Shown: piece after piece, positions 19,600 to 27,783 of the stretch
How positions within the stretch are numbered: position 1 is the first letter of the stretch
How the letters are laid out: every line of letters begins with the position of its first letter
Source of the DNA: a virus
Taxonomy: Duplodnaviria; Caudoviricetes
Direction: 5' to 3' (one strand)
DNA: 64,000 bases
Virus record (IMG/VR): IMGVR_UViG_2898133256_000001
Span: 28,812 to 92,811 of that record
Position numbers and translations under genes: made by a program
The notes under the pieces: generated by a model
Seen by the model: the letters and a program-made list of their open reading frames with translations, nothing else
The model's database searches: none
What the model was told of the DNA's origin: nothing

Positions 19600-19694
19600 G
19601 CAATTTCTCCTTTGGGTGCTGTTTGGCTGGAAGGATGCAGCGTTGCTTTATTGCAGGGAAGTCATGCGGGGCTGGCCTGTTGATGCCGCGCCGA

Positions 19695-22070
19695 CTATGC
19701 GCTTGTTATGATACGAACAGGCAGGTGGGTCGCAATTGGGGATAGAATCCGGAACTGCTGTCGGACTAGGTCGTAAAGTGGAACGTTCGCGTCCGCGCGT
19801 ATGGTTGCCACCATGGTCATATTTAGGGGAGGTACTTTCCTGGTGAGTCCTCCGTCGTCACGGCTTGTATGTATGAGGTCTAGCCGCGGCAGGTAGAGGT
19901 CAGAGGCGCTGAAGCGAACGCGACCCCGGAGGATTGTTTCCCATTTGCCTGCTGCTCGGCGGGAGCTCTCATGGCCAGATTTCAGCCGATTTGAATGGGC
20001 TTTCGGAGCGTAGCTGATTGTCCATCCATCGAGGACTAGTTGTTCGGTGTCGATCTTGTCGAGCCTCACGTCCATGGATTCGTCTTTTCGTGTTGCAGAG
20101 CGAATCAGGTCGTGAGGTCGAAAGATTTCTTCGATACTGCTCAGTGTGTAGTCCGTCGCATCCGACGGGTCGATTTTGGATGTGAATGCTATCGTCCAAT
20201 CGATTTCGATGGTTGTGAACTCGTCAATGCCGGTGCGTGGTACGGGCAGCCGCATTGCAACGACTTCGTCCCGTGCGAGCGTGTCTTGGTAGATGACGCT
20301 CACCTCATGTGGTGCGCATGCGAAGATTTCGTTGTATGAGCTAGGTATGCGGCCGAAGCCTAGTTCGATGGAATTGTGCCCGCGCTGTGCGCGCTCGGAA
20401 AAGTGGGCACTGAAGGAACGAATGGCTGAAGGGGTTGTTCGTTTCTTCCCTAGAATTGTGCCAAGTTGAACCGCTCCGCGCATCGCTAGTGGCGACGCAA
20501 GGCTTGTCCCTGCGGATTCGACGTAGCGGCCGCGCTGATCAAGTCCACCAAAAGGCAGTTCGTCACATCCGCCAAAGGCAACGCAAATAGGTTGAACACG
20601 CTGGCCAGCACGCCCTGGACCAATGGCGCTGTAGCTGGCTCGAACGGCTTTTTTGCCTGCGTGCGTGCTTGTCGCACCAATGGCCAGTCCGTTTACCATG
20701 TCGCCAGGGACTTGGACTCTATTGAAGCCGAGCTTGCCGTCTTCGTTGCCATTGTTTCCCGCAGCAAGGAAAAACGTAACGCCCAATTCTTCGGCTAGAG
20801 TGTCGAGCTGCGAAGTCCAGTAATGAGGGTCGCCGTCGTCAACAACTTCATCGGGACCGAGACTTAGGTTTACAAACTTGTATTTGCGCTCGCGGACTGT
20901 GTTCTTGATGGAGTCGAGGCATTGATACAGGCCGTGGTCGAATTTGGTCGACGGGGCAAGGGGAAGGACGCGAAAATGATCAACATAGGCTACAGGCGTT
21001 TGGAGGACTGTGTCGGTAGGCGCAATGTGGCCAAAGAGGAAAGCACTTGTTACCATCGAGCCATGTCTCATATCCTCACTTGTCGGAGCGGCCGTAGTTA
21101 GGTCTTCGGCCGTCACGAATGGTTGGAGGTAAGGACTCAGCTGATTAATGCCTCCGTCGAAGATCGCCACTCGCTCATTTGTAAGAGGCCGTGCATCTGC
21201 GGCTGGAGGAGTTGGTCTCTTAGAGGAGCTTGCAGTTCGTCGGAACGTCGGCCGATACGGTCGAATCGACGGCATCGGTCGAATGGCTCGCACGAGGTTG
21301 AATCGCGCGGCCTCATGTATTGCTTCCGCGTGAAGTGCGATGGGGACAAATATGACGCCGCCTAGTTCTCTACGGAATTCGATGTCAACATCTCCATCGA
21401 GGTCCCGTATGTGCTTGACCCAGCGTAGGAATGCCTCTGGTTCCAGGTCTGACCGCTCATTCTTGTTGCGCCCGATCGGATTGAGGACGGTCTCCCACGT
21501 GATGACTTCGCCATCTCCAAGAGCCACCTTAGGGGCTTTGACGATGTCGTCTGGAGTGGCCAAGCGGATTTCCGAGAGTTCGCGTAGCTTGCTCCATTCG
21601 GGGTCCTTCTCTCCAACGGGCCTGCGCATTGCTGCGTTCGCGAAGCTGAGGACGTGAGCGGGGTCGCCTGCAATTAGGATTGTCTTGGTTGGAGCGTCGT
21701 CTTTTTGTTTCTTCTTTGTTTTGAGGACGCCCGTTGCTTGGCGAGTTCCGACCGGATAGAGGCTATGTGCCTCAAGCAATGCAGTTGGAAAATATGAGGG
21801 CGCCAAGTAGTTTGGAAGCAGGGTTGCTTCGAAGACAATATGGCGCGCTCTTAATGCTTGTGGCATTTTCGTTACTGCTTTTGCTAGTGACCCTGCCTGT
21901 GGTGCCAGCAGTGCATGAGCTTCGGCTAAAGTGTGTGGATGGAACTTGGGGCGACCGCCCTGCGCGATCGTGACAACCTCCCTTAGATGTTCCCCTCCAC
22001 CCAATAGTGGGCGCCGAACTTCTGGGCCGCCGCGACCACCACTTCCCTTTCCATCATTGCTTTTTTCCAT
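19695..22070 (-). CDS. S8 family serine protease (IetS/Y4bN-like)
   Basis: Catalytic D (AIFDGG), H (RHGSMV), oxyanion N (AAGNNG), S (GTSLASP). Confidence 0.9.
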   Translation of the reverse strand: MEKSNDGKGSGGRGGPEVRRPLLGGGEHLREVVTIAQGGRPKFHPHTLAEAHALLAPQAGSLAKAVTKMPQALRARHIVFEATLLPNYLAPSYFPTALLEAHSLYPVGTRQATGVLKTKKKQKDDAPTKTILIAGDPAHVLSFANAAMRRPVGEKDPEWSKLRELSEIRLATPDDIVKAPKVALGDGEVITWETVLNPIGRNKNERSDLEPEAFLRWVKHIRDLDGDVDIEFRRELGGVIFVPIALHAEAIHEAARFNLVRAIRPMPSIRPYRPTFRRTASSSKRPTPPAADARPLTNERVAIFDGGINQLSPYLQPFVTAEDLTTAAPTSEDMRHGSMVTSAFLFGHIAPTDTVLQTPVAYVDHFRVLPLAPSTKFDHGLYQCLDSIKNTVRERKYKFVNLSLGPDEVVDDGDPHYWTSQLDTLAEELGVTFFLAAGNNGNEDGKLGFNRVQVPGDMVNGLAIGATSTHAGKKAVRASYSAIGPGRAGQRVQPICVAFGGCDELPFGGLDQRGRYVESAGTSLASPLAMRGAVQLGTILGKKRTTPSAIRSFSAHFSERAQRGHNSIELGFGRIPSSYNEIFACAPHEVSVIYQDTLARDEVVAMRLPVPRTGIDEFTTIEIDWTIAFTSKIDPSDATDYTLSSIEEIFRPHDLIRSATRKDESMDVRLDKIDTEQLVLDGWTISYAPKAHSNRLKSGHESSRRAAGKWETILRGRVRFSASDLYLPRLDLIHTSRDDGGLTRKVPPLNMTMVATIRADANVPLYDLVRQQFRILSPIATHLPVRIITSA

Positions 22071-23259
22071 TCGACTGTGCCCCCGCTTTTCTCTTTGGCC
22101 TGAGGTCTTGCCCGCTGGTTGAGTTGGTGGTTGCCCAGTGCCGTATGTATTTTCCTACAGTGACGTGGGATACGTCTAGATGCTGCGCGATCTCGCGCTG
22201 CGTCATGCCGAGCATGGCGTTGGCCAAGCCAGCATAGGAAATGCGTTGTGCCTCCGACCCGCGCTTCAAATAGTTCAGCGCGCGTGCTGTGAGAATCGGT
22301 GTCAGGTGTGGGTCATTTCCGACTACGAAATCTCGAATGGCTTCAGAGGTTAGTCTTCCTATGTCGGAGCCTGACATTCCGGTGGTCGCAATTGCAAGTG
22401 TGGTGACGTCTCCGTCAGCTAGCGACTGGTTGTGAGTTGCTAGCGTCCGTATGAGAATTGCGTGGCGAAGAGCGAGGTCTGGGAGGGGCAAGCTGAGAGT
22501 CCGTTCGAAACGTCGCCACACTGCTCGGTCGAGAAGTTCAGGATGGTTTGTCGCGGCAACGAGTAGCCCCGTTGGAGGCCACCGGTCGATTTCCTGCAGC
22601 AGGACGTTGACGATCCTCTTTAGCTCGCCAACATCGCTGTCATCGTCTCGGCGCTTGGCGAGGGCGTCGAACTCGTCGAGAAAGAGGACTGACCTGTTTC
22701 GCTGGCCGAAGTTCAGGGCTTGCCGCAAGTTCTGCCCAGTTTTCCCTAACAGGGAAGAGACTAGGGCCGCCAAGTCTACGGTGAAAAGTGGCCATCCGAT
22801 CTGGGCAGCAAGGTATCTCGCCGTCATCGTCTTTCCGACCCCGGGGGCGCCCGTGAGTAGAAGTGTTCGAGTTGGCTCTAGCCCGGCGGCTTGGAGGACT
22901 TGTGGGCGCTTTCTCTCGGCTACCACCTGCTGGACCACTCGCTCGACGTCGTTCGGAAGGAACGGTGACGGAGCCTCATCTGCTTCGTCGACATGGACTA
23001 GGGGGAAGAAGGAGGAGTCATCGACGGGGGGCGATTCCCGACTGATGTGATGTGTGCGGCCATCATTTGAGCGTCGAAGACTCCTGGACGGCTCCGACTC
23101 GCTCAGCAGAGGGACTAGAAGTTCACGGAGCCTGACCTCATCTGGGGACTGTTTGTCGGAAGCCTTGGTGAGCCGGGAGGCGAGGCGGCGGATGGATGCT
23201 TGGTCGCCTAGGAGTCCGAGCCGAACGAGGTCGGCGATCATCTGAATGAAGTCCGTCAT
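22054..23259 (-). CDS. AAA+ ATPase (IetA-like) with C-terminal HTH
   Basis: GAPGVGKT, LFLDEFD, AATNHPELLDRAVWRRF; TQREIAQHLDVSHVTV HTH; overlaps the S8 gene. Confidence 0.9.
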   Translation of the reverse strand: MTDFIQMIADLVRLGLLGDQASIRRLASRLTKASDKQSPDEVRLRELLVPLLSESEPSRSLRRSNDGRTHHISRESPPVDDSSFFPLVHVDEADEAPSPFLPNDVERVVQQVVAERKRPQVLQAAGLEPTRTLLLTGAPGVGKTMTARYLAAQIGWPLFTVDLAALVSSLLGKTGQNLRQALNFGQRNRSVLFLDEFDALAKRRDDDSDVGELKRIVNVLLQEIDRWPPTGLLVAATNHPELLDRAVWRRFERTLSLPLPDLALRHAILIRTLATHNQSLADGDVTTLAIATTGMSGSDIGRLTSEAIRDFVVGNDPHLTPILTARALNYLKRGSEAQRISYAGLANAMLGMTQREIAQHLDVSHVTVGKYIRHWATTNSTSGQDLRPKRKAGAQSNGKKQ

Positions 23260-23353
23260 TGGTAACCCTTGGTAAGTCCTATTACCAATGTTCACATCGT
23301 GAGCATGAAGACGCAATGACGGCGGTGGTAACCGTCGGTCTTCCTACTTACCA
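23259..23353. promoter_or_regulatory. TGGTAA/TTACCA operator-like boxes upstream of the ATPase
   Basis: TTGGTAA-N6-TTACCAA at 23269-23288, plus boxes at 23259, 23326 and 23348. Confidence 0.55.
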
Positions 23354-23400
23354 GGGATGATGGTTCTCCTGCCGCTCTAAGCGGGCACTCTAGTGGCGCG

Positions 23401-23429
23401 CGGACACGGTCTACCGGGTGCTCGACTAT
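23401..23429 (+). promoter_or_regulatory. Promoter-like motif before gpK-like gene
   Basis: CGGACA-N17-GACTAT. Confidence 0.55.
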
Positions 23430-23467
23430 TGGAGTGGCTAGGTGCGCATCGATTCCGGAGCGTGTGA

Positions 23468-24199
23468 ATGTCCCCCGTAGTCACGCCCGAGTTCTCCTCG
23501 GCCGCTGTCGCCTCCGCTGTTGCGCATGCCCGCGCGGATTTTCCTCGCGAGTCCTGCGGGTTGGTGGTGCGCGTCGCGGGAGAGCTGGTCTATCGGCCCT
23601 GCCGGAACCTCGCTGCGGGCCAAGCCCACTTCCACCTTGCGCCAGAGGACTTCGCGAGCGCCGAATCAGCAGGCGAGGTGGTGGCGGTGGTGCACTCCCA
23701 CCCTAACGCCTCCCCGGAGCCGAGCGAGGCGGACCGCGTGATGTGCGAGCGCTGGGGCCTACCCTGGCTCATCATCAACGTGCCGGTGGGGCACTGGCAG
23801 GTGCTGTACCCCTCGGGCTACCGCGCGCCGTTGCTGGGCCGGGAGTTCTCCCACGGCGTCCTGGACTGCTTCTCCCTCATCCGCGACTACTACCGCGAGA
23901 CGCTGGGCCTGGAGCTGCCCGACTTTGAGCGCCCCGACGACTGGTGGGCTAAGGGCGGGAACCTCTACCTGGAGGGCTACGAGAAGGCGGGCTTCGTCGA
24001 CGTGACGGGCTCGCCGCTGCGCGAGCACGACGTCCTCCTCATGCAGCTCCGGGCGAAGGTGCCCAACCACGCGGGCGTCTACTTGGGCGCGGACGTCGTC
24101 CTCCACCACCTCCAGGCTTCGCTCTCCAAGAGGGAGACGTACAGCGGCTTCTGGGCACGGGTGACTCGGAAGGTTGTGCGGCATCGCACCCTATGCTGA
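23468..24199 (+). CDS. Tail tip assembly protein K (JAB/MPN + NlpC/P60)
   Basis: PRESCG, VHSHP...PSEAD (JAB); GVLDCFSLIRDYY, NHAGVY (C40). Confidence 0.95.
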   Translation: MSPVVTPEFSSAAVASAVAHARADFPRESCGLVVRVAGELVYRPCRNLAAGQAHFHLAPEDFASAESAGEVVAVVHSHPNASPEPSEADRVMCERWGLPWLIINVPVGHWQVLYPSGYRAPLLGREFSHGVLDCFSLIRDYYRETLGLELPDFERPDDWWAKGGNLYLEGYEKAGFVDVTGSPLREHDVLLMQLRAKVPNHAGVYLGADVVLHHLQASLSKRETYSGFWARVTRKVVRHRTLC

Positions 24200-25269
24200 C
24201 GACGGTGGTGCTCGGCGGGCCCCTGGGAGCTCGCTTCGGGCGGGAGTGGAAGCTGGAGCTGGGAGTGCCCTCGCCCGCGGAGGCGGTGCGGGCCCTCTGC
24301 GCGGTGTGCGCGGGCTTCAGCCGCTACCTCGCGGAGAACAGCGCGCCCGGCTACCACGTCCTCGTCGGCGAGCGCGATGTCGGCGCCAAGGAGCTGGGCG
24401 TCGTCACGGGCGAGAAGCGCATCACCATTCTCCCGGCCCTGGCGGGCGCGAAGCAGGCGGGTGTCCTCCAGGTGGTGCTGGGCGCGGTGCTCATCGCCGG
24501 CGGCGCGGTTCTCTCCGTCTACGACTACGGCGCGGTGGGCGGACAGCTCATCGCCCTGGGCAGCAGCCTCGTGGTGGGCGGCGCCGCGCAGCTCCTCTTC
24601 AAGCCGCCCTCGGCCACGGGCCCGCTGGAGAAGCCCGACACCCAGCCCAACTACGTCTTCAACGGGCCGGTGAACACGCTGGCCCAGGGCCACCCGGTGG
24701 CCCTCTGCTACGGCGAAATGGTGGTGGGGAGTTGCGTGGTGTCCGCTGGCATCTCCACCGAGTGGAGCGCGGGCGGCGGCTTCGGCGGCTCCGGGAGTGG
24801 CCAGCACGGCCCGGGTGGGCAGGGGCCCGTGGGCGGAGGGTGCCCGGCGCCGTGGGTGCCCATTCTCCTCTCGGACGGCCGCGAGGTGCACGCGGGTGAC
24901 GTGCGCGTGGGCGCGTGGGTGCGCACCCAGGACGAGGTGACGCTGGAGTGGGGCGACTACCCCGTCTCCCACGTCTCCACCCTGGAGGCGGAGTGCTGGC
25001 GCCTGGTGCTGGAGGACGGCCGGGAGCTGGTGGGCACCTACAACCACCGGGTGCGCACGGAGGCCGACTGGGTGGAGCTGCGCCACCTGGACGCGGGCAT
25101 GCGCCTCGTCGGCGAGCGACCCGGCGTGGTGGCCCGCGCGGAGGCGGCCGGGCGCGGCCCCGTGGTGCGCATCACCGTGGCGGGCGCGCACACGTACCAG
25201 ACGGTGGGCTTCCTCTCGCACAACACCAAGAACGAGGACCCGGAGCGGCCCCATGACGAAGCACCTTGA
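24193..25269 (+). CDS. Tail assembly protein I (lambda gpI-like) fused to a C-terminal Hint domain
   Basis: LGGPLGARFGR, SPAEAVRALC, NYVFNGPVNTLAQGHPVALCYGE; then GGG|CPAPW...GTYNH...LSHN|T. Confidence 0.9.
   Translation: MLTTVVLGGPLGARFGREWKLELGVPSPAEAVRALCAVCAGFSRYLAENSAPGYHVLVGERDVGAKELGVVTGEKRITILPALAGAKQAGVLQVVLGAVLIAGGAVLSVYDYGAVGGQLIALGSSLVVGGAAQLLFKPPSATGPLEKPDTQPNYVFNGPVNTLAQGHPVALCYGEMVVGSCVVSAGISTEWSAGGGFGGSGSGQHGPGGQGPVGGGCPAPWVPILLSDGREVHAGDVRVGAWVRTQDEVTLEWGDYPVSHVSTLEAECWRLVLEDGRELVGTYNHRVRTEADWVELRHLDAGMRLVGERPGVVARAEAAGRGPVVRITVAGAHTYQTVGFLSHNTKNEDPERPHDEAP
24841..25224 (+). other. Hint (intein-like) domain, 128 aa
   Basis: Cys1, block B TxxH, terminal His-Asn, +1 Thr; no endonuclease. 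Confidence 0.85.
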
Positions 25270-27772
25270 GCGGGGGGCGCTGCGAGGCGCGGGCGGGGGA
25301 AGCGGAGGGAAGGGCGGAGGCGACGCCCAGCGCTCGCCTGTGGAGTCCCCGGACACGCTGAAGTCCGCCGCGCACGCGCGCGTGCTGGACGTGTTGTGCG
25401 AGGGGGAAATCGAAGGACTCGTCGGTGGGCTGAAGGGCGTCTTCCTGGACGGCGTCCCGGTTCACACCATCAACGACGCGCCCAACTTCCGCGACGTCAC
25501 CGTGTACGACGTCCCGGGCACCCAGGGGCAGGAGTACATCCCTGGCTTCACCGCGGCGGAGGCGGAGTTCAACGTCAACGCGGAGGTGAAGAAGAACCTG
25601 CCGGCCGTCCGCACCATCTTCGATGCGGAGGTGGACGCGGTGCGCGTCACGCTGCAGGTGCCGCAGTTGACGTTCCAGCACCCCGAGACGGGGGACTTGC
25701 AGCCGTCCACCCTCAACGTCGCCATCGACGTGCAGAGCAACGGCGGTGGTTGGGTGGAGCAGGACCTGCAGGGCGCGGGCGTCATCCGAGGGAAGTGCAC
25801 CAGCCCCTACGAGAGGACGTACCGCGTGGAGCTCACCGGCAGCCCGCCGTGGGACATCCGCGTGCGGCGCCTCACGCCGGACTCCGACACCGTCGCCCTC
25901 CAGAACCGTACGTTCTGGAAGTCCTACGCGACGTTGATTGACGAGAAGCTGAGCTTCCCGAACACCGCCATCGTGGCCCTCGAGGTGTCGGCCCGGCAGT
26001 TCGGCAGCGTGCCCACGCGCAGCTACCGGATTCGCGGGCTGAAGGTGAAGGTGCCCAGCAACTACAACCCAGCGACGCGCGAGTACTCGGGTACGTGGGA
26101 CGGCACCTTCCAGGTGGCGTGGACGGACAACCCGGCGTGGTGCCTGTACGACTTGTTGACGACGAAGCGGTACGGCCTGGGGCGCTATCTGGACGAGGCC
26201 CAGGTGGACAAGTGGGGCCTGTACACGGTGGCCCGCTACTGCGACGAGCTGGTGCCGGACGGCAAGGGCGGCATGGAGCCGCGCTTCACCTGCAACCTCT
26301 ACCTCCAGACGCAGGCGGAGGCGTACCAGGTGGTGGGCAACCTCGCCTCCATCTTCAGAGGACTCGTCTACTGGGCCAGCGGCGCGGTGTACGTGGCCCA
26401 GGACGCGCCCCGGGACGCGGAGTACCTCTTCACGCCCTCCAACGTGGTGGACGGCCTCTTCACCTACTCGGGCACCTCGCGGCGCGCGCGGCACACCGTG
26501 GCGTTGGTGACGTGGAATGACCCCGGCAACCAGTACAAGGCTGCGGTGGAGCACGTGCCGGACGAGGAGGGGATGCTCGACTACGGCTACAACCCCACGG
26601 ACGTGGTGGCGCTGGGGTGCACCTCGCGCAGCCAGGCGCAGCGGGTGGGCCGGTGGCTGCTGCACACCGAGCGGCTGGAGACGGAGACGGTGGTGTTCCG
26701 CACGGGCATGGAAGGCGCCCTGCGCAACCCCGGCGCCGTCGTGAAGGTGGTGGACCCGACGCGCGCGGGACGGCGCTGGGGCGGGCGGGTGGTGGAGGCC
26801 ACCGCGTCGCACGTGGAGCTGGACGCGGACGTCACCCTCGAGGCTGGGAACACGTACACCCTCTCCGTGGTGCTGCCCGACGGCACGGTGGAGGAGCGGC
26901 CGGTGGCGACCCTGCCGGCGGCGCCCTACCGCGCCCTCACGCTGGCCGCGCCGTTCTCCGCCGCGCCCGTGGCCCAAGCCGTCTGGGTGCTGGCGGCGAA
27001 TGACTTGGTGCCCACCCTCTGGCGCGTGCTGGCCGTCGCCGAGGTGGAGCCGCACGTCTTCGAGGTGACGGCGCTGGCGCACCACCCGGGCAAGTACGCC
27101 GCAGTGGAGCAGGGGGTGAAGCTCCAGCCGCTGCCCACCTCCGTGCTGCCCTCGTCATCCCCACCCGAGGGGCTGGTGGTGGGGGAGGGGCTCTACAAGA
27201 CGACAAACGGCGGGGTGCGGGTGCAGCTCAACGCGCGGTGGACGCAGCGGCCCGGCGCCGTCGCGTACGTCGTGCGCTGGCGCCTGTCCGAGGGCAACTG
27301 GAGTGCCGAGGACCGCCTCCAGACGCACTTCTGGGAGCTGGCGGACGTGGCGCCGGGGCCGTACCGGGTGCAGGTGGCGGCCGAGCTGGGAGGCTTCACC
27401 ACCGCGTTCAGCGAGGCGGCGTACACCGTACTGGGCAAGGCGGCGCCCCCGTCGGACGTGGCGGGCTTCCAGTGCACGCTCAACGGCAACACCGTCACGC
27501 TTCGGTGGGCGGAAATCCCGGACCTCGACAGGGACATGTACGAGCTGCGGTATGGGGGCTCGAGCTGGGAGACGGCCTCCCTCATCGCCAAGGTGCGCGC
27601 CACCTCCTTCGAGTGGGCCCTGCCGGCGCTCGGCGTCAACCAGGTGGTGCGCCTCAAGGCCATCGACACCACCGGGAACTACTCCACCAACGCAGTCAGC
27701 CTCACGGTGGTGGCGGCGCCCACGGTGCCGTCCTCCATCACCATGACGGTGTCCTCGACGCCGCCGGCCTAG
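25253..27772 (+). CDS. Central tail tip / host specificity protein J-like
   Basis: CEGEIEGL, VPSNYNP.TREYSGTWDGTF..AWTDNPAW, EPRFTCN, GCTSRSQAQRVGRW; FN3-like C-terminus. Confidence 0.95.
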   Translation: MTKHLERGALRGAGGGSGGKGGGDAQRSPVESPDTLKSAAHARVLDVLCEGEIEGLVGGLKGVFLDGVPVHTINDAPNFRDVTVYDVPGTQGQEYIPGFTAAEAEFNVNAEVKKNLPAVRTIFDAEVDAVRVTLQVPQLTFQHPETGDLQPSTLNVAIDVQSNGGGWVEQDLQGAGVIRGKCTSPYERTYRVELTGSPPWDIRVRRLTPDSDTVALQNRTFWKSYATLIDEKLSFPNTAIVALEVSARQFGSVPTRSYRIRGLKVKVPSNYNPATREYSGTWDGTFQVAWTDNPAWCLYDLLTTKRYGLGRYLDEAQVDKWGLYTVARYCDELVPDGKGGMEPRFTCNLYLQTQAEAYQVVGNLASIFRGLVYWASGAVYVAQDAPRDAEYLFTPSNVVDGLFTYSGTSRRARHTVALVTWNDPGNQYKAAVEHVPDEEGMLDYGYNPTDVVALGCTSRSQAQRVGRWLLHTERLETETVVFRTGMEGALRNPGAVVKVVDPTRAGRRWGGRVVEATASHVELDADVTLEAGNTYTLSVVLPDGTVEERPVATLPAAPYRALTLAAPFSAAPVAQAVWVLAANDLVPTLWRVLAVAEVEPHVFEVTALAHHPGKYAAVEQGVKLQPLPTSVLPSSSPPEGLVVGEGLYKTTNGGVRVQLNARWTQRPGAVAYVVRWRLSEGNWSAEDRLQTHFWELADVAPGPYRVQVAAELGGFTTAFSEAAYTVLGKAAPPSDVAGFQCTLNGNTVTLRWAEIPDLDRDMYELRYGGSSWETASLIAKVRATSFEWALPALGVNQVVRLKAIDTTGNYSTNAVSLTVVAAPTVPSSITMTVSSTPPA

Positions 27773-27783
27773 CGGGACTCACC

